From Selaginella moellendorffii (lineage: Eukaryota > Plantae > Lycopodiophyta), in contig NW_003314284.1 of assembly GCF_000143415.4 (NCBI RefSeq), positions 62,001 to 126,000 of the forward strand: a stretch of DNA of 64,000 bases. Reading direction: 5' to 3'. Position numbers and translations under genes: made by a program. The notes under the pieces are model-generated. The model was not told the origin of the DNA, made no database searches, and worked only from the letters and a program-made list of their open reading frames with translations. Positions 12,732 to 23,110 of this stretch are shown here, piece after piece (position 1 is the first letter of the stretch; every line of letters starts with the position of its first letter).

Positions 12732-13053
12732 TATGACCGGATGGACAAGACTGGTTTGGAAGAAGCGAAAGCAACGCTCGGTCTGGACGATCGATGCATT
12801 CCATCAACGCAAAGTTACTTATGGAGGAAGGAACTTGATGACAATGAAGAAGAAGCCTGTGGAGTGGCGAGAGAGAGAGACGCTCGCTGTGGCTTTTGTA
12901 TATAACGCATAAGTGGCTCCGGAATGGAGGAGGCCTGGCCTGTGATCCTCTTTTCTTTTTCCCTTGGAAGAGATCAAAAAGTTTGGGGTCACTGTGTTAC
13001 AAATGTTTATGGTACACAAAAGTTTGGAGCTTTTTTCTCTGCTAGAGTGAAAG

Positions 13054-15026
13054 TTATGACGATGGCTTGTCTTGCGCGGACGGAGCAGCGGATGCGGCAA
13101 CGGTGGCGGCGCTCGCGTGCTGCTGCCTCATGAGCTGGAGGCGATCCACAAACACTTGCTCTCGCATCTGTTGGAGTTGCAGCCTTTCGATGTCCATTAG
13201 CTGCTCGAGTTCTTCGAAATGATCGAGCTTGCTGTAGAGCTTCTTTAGCTGCCAAAGGAAAAGTTCCATCTGTTACCATACAGAAAAGAAGCTTTTTTGC
13301 TCCTACGCACCTGGCTCTCAATAATGTTGGCCATGAGGAGCTCCATGTCACGCTCTTCACGGTCCGCCAGCTGCTTCGCGTTCACAGCTGCGGCAGCCAT
13401 GGCCGTAGCAAGCCCCGCACGCAGCTTTGCCGCCGAAATCCTCGTCTCTTCCTTGTCCTTCTTTGCATGTTGATCCTTGTCTTCCACTGGCTCCGCTGTT
13501 CATAAAGTTATTCTTAAATGAAATGTCTAATCGAAGAGAGAAACAAGAAGAGTTTGTTTAGTACCTGATGGCTGCTGCTGCTTGACTTCCGGACTGGCGT
13601 CCGCCTCAGGCTTTACGTCGGAGTCGCTGCAAGAACGAGAAAAACGGGATTTTTATCCGGAAAAAGAGTGCGTGGCATCACGTACTTTTCAGCGTTGTTT
13701 TGCTTGTTTTCCTCTTTATCTGCGGCCACTTGCTCATCCTGCTGCTGCTGCTGCTCCTTTGGCTGCTGTTGCTCCTTTGACTGCTGTTGCCCCTTTTGTT
13801 GATGCGGGTGATGCTGTTGCTGTTGCTGCTGATTCAAAAATGGTAATTGTGATACCGCGGGCTCCTCCTCGGCGAGAACTGCCAGGGCGGCCTGAGCGGC
13901 CGCAGCAGCCACTCGAGGACCCACCATTGCTGACATGAAAGCAATCTGTCCGAGAGTAAAAAAAAGAATAAAAACCAAAAGGTTAAAACGATAATAAAAA
14001 CCAAAAGAAAATCCATGCAATGCTGCGAAACTCACTTGCGAGAGGAGTGGATTCGAGGCGTCTGTCAAAGGCGTCACCTCCTCCAAAACATGGTGAGCTT
14101 CCGGCTGATGCGCGGTAGCGGTGTTGGGCGCCGCCTGGTGTGCGTGCTGAGCACCTTTGGCTGCCTTGGCTTCCGTGTGTGACAACTTTTGCTTCTTGGT
14201 CGGATGCCTCACCTCGTGGCTCGTCCCATTCTCCAGCGACTTGGACGCCACCGGCGATGACGACGACACGGCCCCGAGATCCTCGTTCAGGAACTGGTCG
14301 CCAAAAGGGAGCTGGATGAACTGCCTCACGCACTGCCCCCTGTTCTTGCTTCCTACGTGCTGCTGGACCCGGTTCCAATTGTCTCCATACTTGGATATCG
14401 CCTCCAGCAGCAGCATCGTCTCCTCGGCCGTCCACTCGGAGGAGGAGTTCCCGTCCGGAGAGTTTTGCGACTTCCCACCTCCGCCACCCTGCTGCTTGCT
14501 GTGGAAAGCGTTCTCTCGCGACCCCAAGTTGGAGGCCGGGTTGGCGGCGAATGACTTTGACACGATCTGGATGCCGGGCGGAGGAGGGGCGGCGGCGGCA
14601 GCGGCGGCAGCGCTGGAGTTGGAGGGCAGTACGATGGAGCTGACAGCCTCGGCGGGATCGGGGTGGTAATTGATGAGCCCCCACAGCTCCAAGAACTCGA
14701 AGACGCGGCGGAGGCAATTCACGTCGCCCACGAGCATCTTGCGAATCTCCGTGAAGGTGAGCGGCCGCCGGGGATTCTCCCGGTACTTGTTGATGATGAA
14801 GTCGCGGTACTCCTTGTAAATCTTTGGCGTCTTGGACAGCGTCTTGCCCTCGAAGAACTCCACCAGGGCCTCGCGCTCGATGGAGTGGATGCCGGTCCAC
14901 GAAAACCATCCTGGAAAAAAGAAGGAGAAGGAAGAAATGGGAGAAATCTGGGATTTCTCACTCACCTGCGTGGCCCGGAACGCGATAGAGCTCCCGATTG
15001 AGCGGCTCTTCGCCGCTCCCCGCCAT
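13054..15026 (-). CDS. SWI3: SWI3-type SWI/SNF complex subunit (SWIRM, SANT, leucine zipper)
   Basis: WFSWTGIHSIER...KTPKIYKEYRDFII...FEFLELWGLINY; WTAEETMLLLEAISKYGDNW; DASNPLLSQIAF; QLKKLYSKLDHFEELE. ATG exon MAGSGEEPLNRELYRVPGHA at 15026. Confidence 0.9.
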
Positions 15027-15224
15027 GGTACCAACGGCCAAAACCTCCCAGCTCAAAATTGCCAAGCCCTAAAATTCGCCATAGCTACTACGGAGGTTTT
15101 GTTCCGCCGTACAAAACGTATATTCCAACGGGAATATTTCTCCCCTTCCGCTCGTATATTCCCTTCCTCGCATTCTCGAGAGAGAAATATCCACCTCGCT
15201 CGAAATATCGCGCTCCTTCCAGCT

Positions 15225-15804
15225 ATGGCGGCATCGATCCCCTCATTCTTGTGGCCACAGCGCCTGGCGGCGACGGCACGGCCATCGAATCACCGCGCCT
15301 CGACTATAAGGGCTGCCGCAGGTATGGATTGATTCCTAGGGTTTTTGCGCGCTTCTCTAGATTTCCAGCTTGCCGCAGTCGAATCGCCAGCGCCTAATCT
15401 CGTCCCGGCGATCACTCTCTCGGACAAGGCGCTCTCCCATCTCCAGAAGCTGCGAGCCGACCAGAAGAGGGATCTGTGTCTCAGAGTCGGGGTACGGCAG
15501 GGAGGATGCTCGGGCATGTCCTATATCATGGATTTTGAGGACCAAGGCAACGTGAGAAGTGATGATTCCGTGATGGAGCAAGAAGGATTCACGATGGGTA
15601 AGCCAGGAGAATTCGAATTCTTTTGTTCTGTTCTTGCTAACTTTTTCTTTGTTTGCTTGCCTCACAGTGTGTGATCCAAAGAGCCTCTTGTATCTCTTTG
15701 GTATGCAGCTCGATTACAGCGACGCTCTCATCGGTGGTGGATTTTCTTTCAAGAATCCAAACGCGACGTCTACTTGCGGCTGTGGCAAATCCTTCGCTGC
15801 TTGA
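15225..15804 (+). CDS. ISCA: Plastid A-type Fe-S carrier (IscA/SufA)
   Basis: Transit-like N-terminus; [15 protein letters not shown]; [44 protein letters not shown]; two introns. Confidence 0.93.
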
Positions 15805-15876
15805 AACAACGAAAGAAAAGTTCTCGTAAGTACAGTATTAGGGGATACTACACGGTAGAGTTCATAGTTACTCACG

Positions 15877-16944
15877 ATGAAGGAGGTGGAGGTTCTCGAC
15901 TGCCAGGTCCAGCAGTGGTATCCTCGGTTTAAGTCGGTCTCCATCGCCACCGAGATTCACAGGCTTCCGGAGGCCTTCGTCTCGCACCTCCTGGACGGCG
16001 ACTTCTTCGTCCCCTCTAGTGATCTTCCATCGAGGCTGGTTCCGGAGATCCCAGAGCTACAGGCTGACGGATACGAGAAGTGGGATGAAGAGGACGAGGA
16101 AGATGGCGGAGAGCAGCAGCAGCAGCAGCCTTCTTTCCCCGAGCTCGAGGCAGAAGTGGAGGCTTCGATCCGGCGGCTTGGAGGAGCAGTGATGCCGAAG
16201 CTCAACTGGAGTGCTCCCAAGGATGCAACTTGGATCAGCTCGTCCAAGAACCTCAAGTGCCAGAGCTTTGGAGATGTTTCGCTGCTGCTCAAGGCCTCCG
16301 ACTCGATCGTCCACGACCTGTGCCACGCCTTTGACAACTGCGACGACAAGCCGTCTTCTTCCACCGGGCGTCCGGAGGAGCTTGTGCTGGCTCTGCGCAA
16401 GTGGTATGATCTGAGGCCGGAGATGGAGTTTCGAGCGTTTGTCCGCCGGGGAGCTTTGCTGGGGATCTGCCAGAGGGAAGTCACAGGTTTCTACTCCTCG
16501 CTCGTCAGCTCCAAGGACAGCTTGAGGACTGCGATCTCGGGGTTCTTCGAGAACAGTTTGCTGGGAAAGTTCGAGCTGGAGAGCTATACATTTGATGTCT
16601 ACGTGACGAAGGATCTGCGAGTTAAGTTGCTCGACTTCAATCCGTGGGAAGGCTCCACGCTGCCTCTGTTATTCTCGTGGGAAGAACTCGAGGCCATAGG
16701 TGACGGTCTAAAGAGCAAGACTTTGAGCAGCTTGGGCAGCCTCACTATAGGAAGCGACGAGCTTCCGGCCAAGCCTACTTCAGTGGAGTTCAGGATTATC
16801 GAAAGAGAGGGGCTTGTGCAGCCCAATCTCACTGCCACTAGCGGTGTTCCTCTCGACTACCTCGACACCGGGCCTGGAAGTGCATGGGACGTGTTCTTTA
16901 GAAGAACCGAGGATGAATTGAAGAATCAGGCAAGCGAGGAATAG
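15877..16944 (+). CDS. CDC123: Cell division cycle protein 123 (D123, eIF2 assembly factor)
   Basis: Intronless; WYPRFK, PKLNWSAPKDATWI, LLLKASDSIVHDL, LRKW..LRPEMEFRAFV, LLDFNPW. Confidence 0.93.
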   Translation: MKEVEVLDCQVQQWYPRFKSVSIATEIHRLPEAFVSHLLDGDFFVPSSDLPSRLVPEIPELQADGYEKWDEEDEEDGGEQQQQQPSFPELEAEVEASIRRLGGAVMPKLNWSAPKDATWISSSKNLKCQSFGDVSLLLKASDSIVHDLCHAFDNCDDKPSSSTGRPEELVLALRKWYDLRPEMEFRAFVRRGALLGICQREVTGFYSSLVSSKDSLRTAISGFFENSLLGKFELESYTFDVYVTKDLRVKLLDFNPWEGSTLPLLFSWEELEAIGDGLKSKTLSSLGSLTIGSDELPAKPTSVEFRIIEREGLVQPNLTATSGVPLDYLDTGPGSAWDVFFRRTEDELKNQASEE

Positions 16945-16991
16945 CTGAGAGCTCAAAAAAAAACTTTTCTCATGTTTTCAGTACCTTTCAA

Positions 16992-18286
16992 TCAATTGCT
17001 TTGCTTCACAGTTTGAAAGCTCTGGCGAAGTTGGATTTGACGAGACATTCTTTGCAGCATGTGAGCGTCAAGTCCAAACTTTTGGATGATATTCTTCTGC
17101 AATGAAAAGCCGTTATTTTTCAGGAAACGTAAAAAGAAGAGAATCGAGTACCTCTGATAAGCTTTGAGCTGAAAATGTGCCATCATAGCTTCGTTCTGGC
17201 AACCTACACACTTCGTTTTCTCCTTCAAACACTATCAGCGTTGGAAGCTGCCGAAGAGCAACTGGAAAAAGCCGCGTCAATTCACGAAAGCTTGTTTAGA
17301 GAAAAGAAACCTCCAAATTCTATGCCGTATTTTGCAGCAACACTCGGAAATCGTCCCAAGTCAATCCGTGAAAACTGCACACCGCTTTTCGAGTATCTGT
17401 ACCACCACGGGATTACGATTGATTTTTTTTCTTTGTAAGGAAAGTAGTGCTCAAGACCTGACTGAGATTTCGGAGAAGAGTCTCCTCAGTTGAACGCAGC
17501 GCGGAGACCATACAGCTCCGAATTCAACCTGCGCCGCCATTATATATCATCACCTTTCAGAGAACAAGCATTTTCGTACCAGTCGAACGATATTCTGATT
17601 TCCGTCCGTAAGAAGATTTTCTAGTTGCAAAGGTGTGAGTGGAAGGACGTTACCTGAGAAAGTCATGAGTGTTAGACAAGCTCGGATTAAGCAACACCTA
17701 CGACTTACCTTCATCTGAGGGCGCTGGCTGGACACAAAGAAGAAACAGCACTGGACACAAAAGTAAAACAGTCTTAAAAACGAAGAAGAAAACTGTGAAA
17801 GAAGAAGACTCTATACTTGCAAAGATAACTAGGTACCATGCTAGAAGCCTCCAATCCAGCATAAAAGCGAGCAATGCCACCAAAGCCTGGCAAAAAGAAG
17901 AAAAAAGAGACAAGCTTAAGAACGCTCGAGACGGAGAAAAGAGAGAGAGCTTACTTTGGAGTATAAAAGAGCATCCGACAAGAACACCTCCCACGTAATC
18001 CGCCTCACACACTTCGCGATTTTTCACCGATTAGGAAGCGCTCATCACAAACACACTTACCCTGATCGCCAGGACGATCCCCAAGCTCAATGCAGCTTGC
18101 ATTTCCTGTTCACAACATGAATTGGTACAGGGAAGAGCCAAAGCGCCAAAATCTTACCCATTTCTCGAGCCGCGATCGAGCAGAAGGCGCGGCAGATCGC
18201 AGCGCAGTGTGATGGAGCACGAGGTATGAGATGATCGCCGCGCCGTGGAATGCGTAGTAGGGATGGAGCGCCCTGGGCCAATCCAT
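16992..18286 (-). CDS. TMX2: Thioredoxin-related transmembrane protein 2-like (SxxC), many short exons
   Basis: Manually spliced MDWPRALHPYYAFH...EMQAALSLG...LTPLQLENLL...VEFGAVWSPRC...YSKSGVQFSRIDLGRFP...QLPTLIVFEGENEVCRLP. Not visible as a single ORF. Confidence 0.78.
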
Positions 18287-18463
18287 CCCACTCCAAAGCC
18301 CTAAAATCTAAGCGCTCCAAAACCCTAAAAAGATTGATTTTAAATTTTTACACATGGAGCTTTGTGGTAGCTTCGTCGACTTGGCGCAATCCCAGCCACT
18401 TGAAGAGAGCTTTATAGCTATGGCGGCAAGGAACTTCTCTAGAGCTAGAGAGGGCAAAAGAGA

Positions 18464-19057
18464 ATGGGGATGGTGCTGGGGAAGATCAGCGTGGAGACAC
18501 CAAAGTACGAGCTTGTCACGAAGGAGAATGGATTCGAGGTGAGAGACTACGCGCCGCGCATCGTCGCGGAGGTGAGCTACGATCCGGCGGAGATGAGGAG
18601 CGGCCGCGATGGCGGCTTCTCGATCCTGGCTGATTACATCGGCGCGCTGGGCAAGCCCAAGAACGAGCCCGCGCAGAAGATCGCCATGACGGCGCCAGTG
18701 ATCACGAAGCAATCGTCGAGTGGAGACGCGATTGCGAATGCGCCGGTGATCGAGAGCAAGAGCGATGGCCGCGTGACGATGCAATTCGTGCTGCCGTCTG
18801 GGCTGACGATGGAGTCGATTCCTCGCCCGGTGGACGAGCGAGTGCGCGTGATTCCTCTTCCACAGCAGAAGTTCGGGGTCCTGGGATTCACTGGCGTCGC
18901 CGGTGATGATCTGGTGAAGAACAAGGTGGAGCTCTTGCGCAAGAATCTGGCAGCGGCGGGCTATAAGATCGCAGGCGATTACATCCTCGCGCGATACAAT
19001 CCGCCATGGACGCCCGGATTTCTAAGAACAAACGAAGTGATGCTACCGCTAGAGTGA
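18464..19057 (+). CDS. SOUL heme-binding protein
   Basis: MGMVLGKISVETPKY, FEVRDY, GFSILADYI, KIAMTAPV, TMQFVLP, LARYNPPWTP...NEVMLP. Confidence 0.93.
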   Translation: MGMVLGKISVETPKYELVTKENGFEVRDYAPRIVAEVSYDPAEMRSGRDGGFSILADYIGALGKPKNEPAQKIAMTAPVITKQSSSGDAIANAPVIESKSDGRVTMQFVLPSGLTMESIPRPVDERVRVIPLPQQKFGVLGFTGVAGDDLVKNKVELLRKNLAAAGYKIAGDYILARYNPPWTPGFLRTNEVMLPLE

Positions 19058-19280
19058 TTTTCCTGGAGGATTCACCACGAGTAAATAAAGAGAGTTTTTA
19101 CCTTACCTTCTTTGCATGGATTTTCAAATCCACGCGTGGCGGTGCTTTCTTTAGGTCGAGCTGCGATTGTTTCGTTTGTTCGTGCGCGACGCTCGCGCGG
19201 CATCAGCGGGCGCGTCGATCTCGCGCGCGGCGCTGGGATTTCTTTCATGGCTCCGATGAAGGTATGGAAGATTCACAAGC

Positions 19281-19428
19281 GAGAGATCTTGTTTCGCTGC
19301 GAGCGATCGTATCGGCAGGGGTTTTCGCTCTCTTTCAGCATTTCTCAGAGAGAAGAGGTTGCGAGAGATCTTGTTTCGCTGCGATCGATCTTATCGGCAG
19401 GGGTTTTGGCTGTCTTTCAGCATTTCTC
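19281..19428 (+). repeat. Two ~66-bp near-identical direct repeats in intergenic DNA
   Basis: gagagatcttgtttcgctgcga..gatc.tatcggcaggggtttt.gct.tctttcagcatttctc at ~19281 and ~19363. Confidence 0.85.
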
Positions 19429-19817
19429 TTGGAGCTGGAGAGAAGTTCTTCTTCTTGAGAGCTTGGGAGATGGCTTCGAAGAAAAATTTCCAGGTACCTC
19501 TACCTTCGAAAGTTTAGCTAGAAATGCTAGAAATGTTATGATCTTAAAAAAAAAAAGCTCTTCTTTCAGAGATAAATGGATCGAACTCAAGCATGCCATG
19601 CCAAATTCAAGGTCTGTCCATTATTGTCTCTCTCGTTCGATTTTTATACTCCCCTGATTTCTAGGAGCCACCATTCCTCTTGCTCCATTGATAAGCGACG
19701 ATGAACGCGTGGTTATGGTAAACATCTGCTTAATTTATCATTAATCGCATCGTTTTATATTAACAGTGATTCATTCTTCTTTCGCTTAGGGTGTGAGGAA
19801 AGGAAGAAGGAAGAAGA

Positions 19818-20169
19818 ATGGCCGCCGGAGCTGCTGTGAAGAAGGCTGTGGAGACCGGCTCGCGCAAAGTCTCTCACGGCGTCAAGCAAGTGATCGGGCG
19901 GAGGGCTGACGACCCCGCCTTTGTCACTCGGGAGATTTGCATCGGGCTCGGCCTGGGATTGATGGGTAAGCGTTTCATCTCTAGCTCAGCTCACCGATTT
20001 TCTCGATCTTAGCTTATCGATTTCTCGTTTCTCGATTGATTTTCGATTTTCCGGTTGTTTTTTTCCAGTGGGCGCTGTGTGGAAAATGTGGCACGTAAAC
20101 TATCGCCGCCAGGTGAACGAGTTCTACGATGCTCTGGACAAGGGGGAGATCACGGTCGTGATCACCTAG
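19818..20169 (+). CDS. COX5C: Cytochrome c oxidase subunit 5c (plant type), 2 coding exons
   Basis: KVSHG...REICIGLGLGLM|VGAVWKMWHVNYRRQVNEFYDALDKGEITVVIT*. Confidence 0.85.
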
Positions 20170-20438
20170 ACGAACCTTCCATTTCTTCTTTCGAGAGAGG
20201 TAAGAGCTTTCATTCCCTCCTCGAATTTTTGCGCTGCTCGATCCAACTCGGTCGTTCGATCCAGGGGCTCCAAAAAAAATCTCTGGCATTGTCTGCCTGC
20301 TGCTAAAATTTTTTCCCCTCTCTCAGACAAATCTAAAGCTTTCGTTAGACCTACCTATAATAAACTAGCAAGCATCTTCCTCGTGCGCAAGGAATATCCC
20401 CCGGCACGCACAGATCCAACGGCTCCCCTGCCGCGCCC

Positions 20439-20448
20439 GCCACGTGTC
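20439..20448 (+). promoter_or_regulatory. G-box/ABRE (GCCACGTGTC) upstream of ANP32
   Basis: Motif match ~300 bp before the ATG; function untested. Confidence 0.4.
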
Positions 20449-20752
20449 GGTCAGACCCGCCGGGAAAACTTCCCGGCCGATTAGCTAGGGCTGGGGCGGG
20501 CGTTCTTGGGCGATCTCGGGCGATCACCGCTGCGGCCCTGGCGATCGCTCCAAAGAACGTTCTTGCTAGCGGGCGCATTCTTTCCTTTCTTTGCTGCCAA
20601 GAAAAGAAGGGAGGAGGGGCCGTGGAGGAGAGGGAGAGGAGAATCGAGAGTCCTGGCGCTCTAGGCTAGGGCTAGAAATCGTGCGCAGGGATTGGAAGGA
20701 GAGAGGAAGAGGAGAGAGCGCCTCTCGGTGTGAGATTTTCTAGGGTTTGTGG

Positions 20753-22324
20753 ATGGACGAGGCATGGCAGCGCGCCGTGGAGACGGCGCTGGGCGGCGAG
20801 GATCCATCCACAGCACAGGCGCTCATGCTCGACGGCTGCGTTAAGTGCTCGCAGGGCCGCCTCCCACCCAGGTCTCTCCTCGAGCAGCTCATCCAGCTTA
20901 CCACGCTCTCCATCGCCAACACGGGCATCTCGACGCTGGCCGATTTCCCGCGCCTCGCGCGCCTGGAGCAGCTCTCGCTCAGCGACAATCGCATTGCTGG
21001 TGGCCTGGATCATCTGGTCGAGGCGGGGCTCCACTCGCTCCGGGATCTCGACCTGTCCAACAACAAGATTCACAGCCTCGAGGATCTGTCGCCGCTCACC
21101 CGGCTGAGGCTCGTCTCGCTCGATCTCTACGAGTGCCCGGTGACCAAAGTCCCCAATTACAGGGCCCAGGTGTTTGGGATGATCAAGACGCTCAAGTATC
21201 TCGACAAGGTGGACGCGGACAACAACGAGAGGCCCGAGTCCGAGGAGGAGGAGTCCGAGGAGGAGGATGGGGAGGATGCTAACAGCGAGGGCGTAGACGA
21301 GGAGGATCTCGGCGGCCACCAAAAGCATGCAAACGGGCAAAGGCCACCGAATCTCTCCTCTTCTAAGGATGGCGAGGAAGAGGAAGACGAAGAAGATGGC
21401 GGCGAGAATGAAGAGCTCGACGAGGAAGAGGAAGAGGAAAGCTTCCAGGAGTTGGCTGCCTCCGCCGGTGGCGCTTCGGGCGGGGTTGCTGGTGGTGTTG
21501 GCGGCGGCGGTGCCGCCGCCGTTGCTACTGCCAGTGGCGGGCAGGACGAGGAGAATGGGTCCGACTACGAGGAAGTGGAGGACGAGGAGGACGAAGATGG
21601 AGACAACGTGGTCGAGGTTCACGATGTTCATGACAGTGATGAGGAGCTGGCGGCGGAGGAGGAGGAGGATGAAGATGGCGAGGACGAGGAGGAGCTCCTG
21701 GAGCAAGCGCCGGGAGGGGTGGGAGGAGGAGGAGGAGTGGCGGCTCCGCCGATGGCTGCCGCTGAGGGCGATGTAGAGATCCAGGAGGAGGATGAGAACG
21801 GGGAGATTGGCGAGGACGATGACGACGACGAAGAGGAGGACGAGGAGGAGGAAGAGGAAGAAGAGGTAAAAATCTTATTTTTCCATTGTTTGCTTTGGGT
21901 TTTGCTGCATGGGCTTGTGGATCTCACTCGGTCTCGGATAGCAGCTTGCAAAACTTGGTTTTTTTTTTTCGTTTCCTTCATTCCTCTGATGGGTTTCGTG
22001 TTTCGATTCCAGGTCGAGGAAGACTATGGAACGGACTATCTCGTGCAACCGATAATGCAACAAGAGGAAGACGAGGGCGCGAGCGACTTCGAGCCGGGTG
22101 AAGGAGACGAGGAGGAAGACGAGGAATTCGACGAGGAGGAGACTCCCACCACGGACGACACCCCCGCGACAGCAACCGCGACCACCACCACAACAATAAC
22201 AACCGCGGCAGCAGTAGCCACGACAGTAGCGGCGACAGGATCCTCGCGGAAGAAGCGAAGTAGAGGAACCGAGGAGGACGAGGAGGAGATTGTTGACACG
22301 AGAGAGCGGCCTCACAAGCGCTGA
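20753..22324 (+). CDS. ANP32: Acidic leucine-rich nuclear phosphoprotein 32 family protein
   Basis: LRRs (LEQLSLSDNRI, LRDLDLSNNKI), LRRcap (YRAQVFGMIKTLKYLD), long D/E tail, DYGTDYLVQP, NLS RKKRSR. Intron ~21866-22012 is read through by the ORF track. Confidence 0.92.
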   Translation: MDEAWQRAVETALGGEDPSTAQALMLDGCVKCSQGRLPPRSLLEQLIQLTTLSIANTGISTLADFPRLARLEQLSLSDNRIAGGLDHLVEAGLHSLRDLDLSNNKIHSLEDLSPLTRLRLVSLDLYECPVTKVPNYRAQVFGMIKTLKYLDKVDADNNERPESEEEESEEEDGEDANSEGVDEEDLGGHQKHANGQRPPNLSSSKDGEEEEDEEDGGENEELDEEEEEESFQELAASAGGASGGVAGGVGGGGAAAVATASGGQDEENGSDYEEVEDEEDEDGDNVVEVHDVHDSDEELAAEEEEDEDGEDEEELLEQAPGGVGGGGGVAAPPMAAAEGDVEIQEEDENGEIGEDDDDDEEEDEEEEEEEEVKILFFHCLLWVLLHGLVDLTRSRIAACKTWFFFFVSFIPLMGFVFRFQVEEDYGTDYLVQPIMQQEEDEGASDFEPGEGDEEEDEEFDEEETPTTDDTPATATATTTTTITTAAAVATTVAATGSSRKKRSRGTEEDEEEIVDTRERPHKR

Positions 22325-23110
22325 TGAGAGGGAAAAAATTTCTCTATAGGAAAGCGAGCTGGAACTTGGAAGGAAAGAGGAAAAAAGGAAGAACACACAC
22401 ACAACACAGGGAAGGGTGAAAGGATTTGACACGGGTTTTCTGATTTTGCTCCTCAAAATTTGCGTTTTGCTGCTGCTAGCGATCTGATCTGACCGACTGG
22501 TGTAAGATATGAAAGAAGAGATTTGAGAGAGAGAGCGAGAGTGATGGATGATCCAACCACAACAACGCGGCGAGAAAAAAGTTTGAGTATATAGCTGTTC
22601 TTTGTTCTTCGAGGGGGAAAGATCTTGTCTTTGTTTCTTTTACTGACAAACCAAAAAATTTGTACAAGGATGGCATTGTTTTTCCGAGCGAAAGAGCTGA
22701 AAATTTTGTTCTCGATAGATTGAAAGAGGGCTGGGATTCGAACCCGGGACGTCCGGGGTGCTAAGAATCGTGCTTATCCGCGAAAAGGAAAAGATTTAAT
22801 CGGGGGCCACTAAAGTCAAAAGAATATTGGATTCACATGGCGTTTGCTGCCCGCTGCCCGTTGCCGGGCCACCACCAATAATGGCCACACGCACCGTGTT
22901 AGCCTGCCCGGTTGCCCGTGGCTATGATGTCTCGAGCTTGTTCCTCCTCGCCGTCGGCGTCGTCTTGTTGTGGTCGGGGCGACTGATTGGAATGTGGCTG
23001 CGCCGGGGGATTTCCTGATAATCTGTGAGGCAGATAGGGAGAGGCGGTGATTTCTCTTGGATCTCTAGGGCGCCCTAGCTCCAGCTCGAGGTCGGTGTTA
23101 TAGTCGAGGT

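Noticed and set aside
13730-13830. CAG/CAA triplet tract
   Set aside because: Ordinary poly-Gln region of SWI3.
20672-21706. 344-aa hydrophobic antisense ORF
   Set aside because: Shadow of the GAG/GAC-rich ANP32 coding strand.
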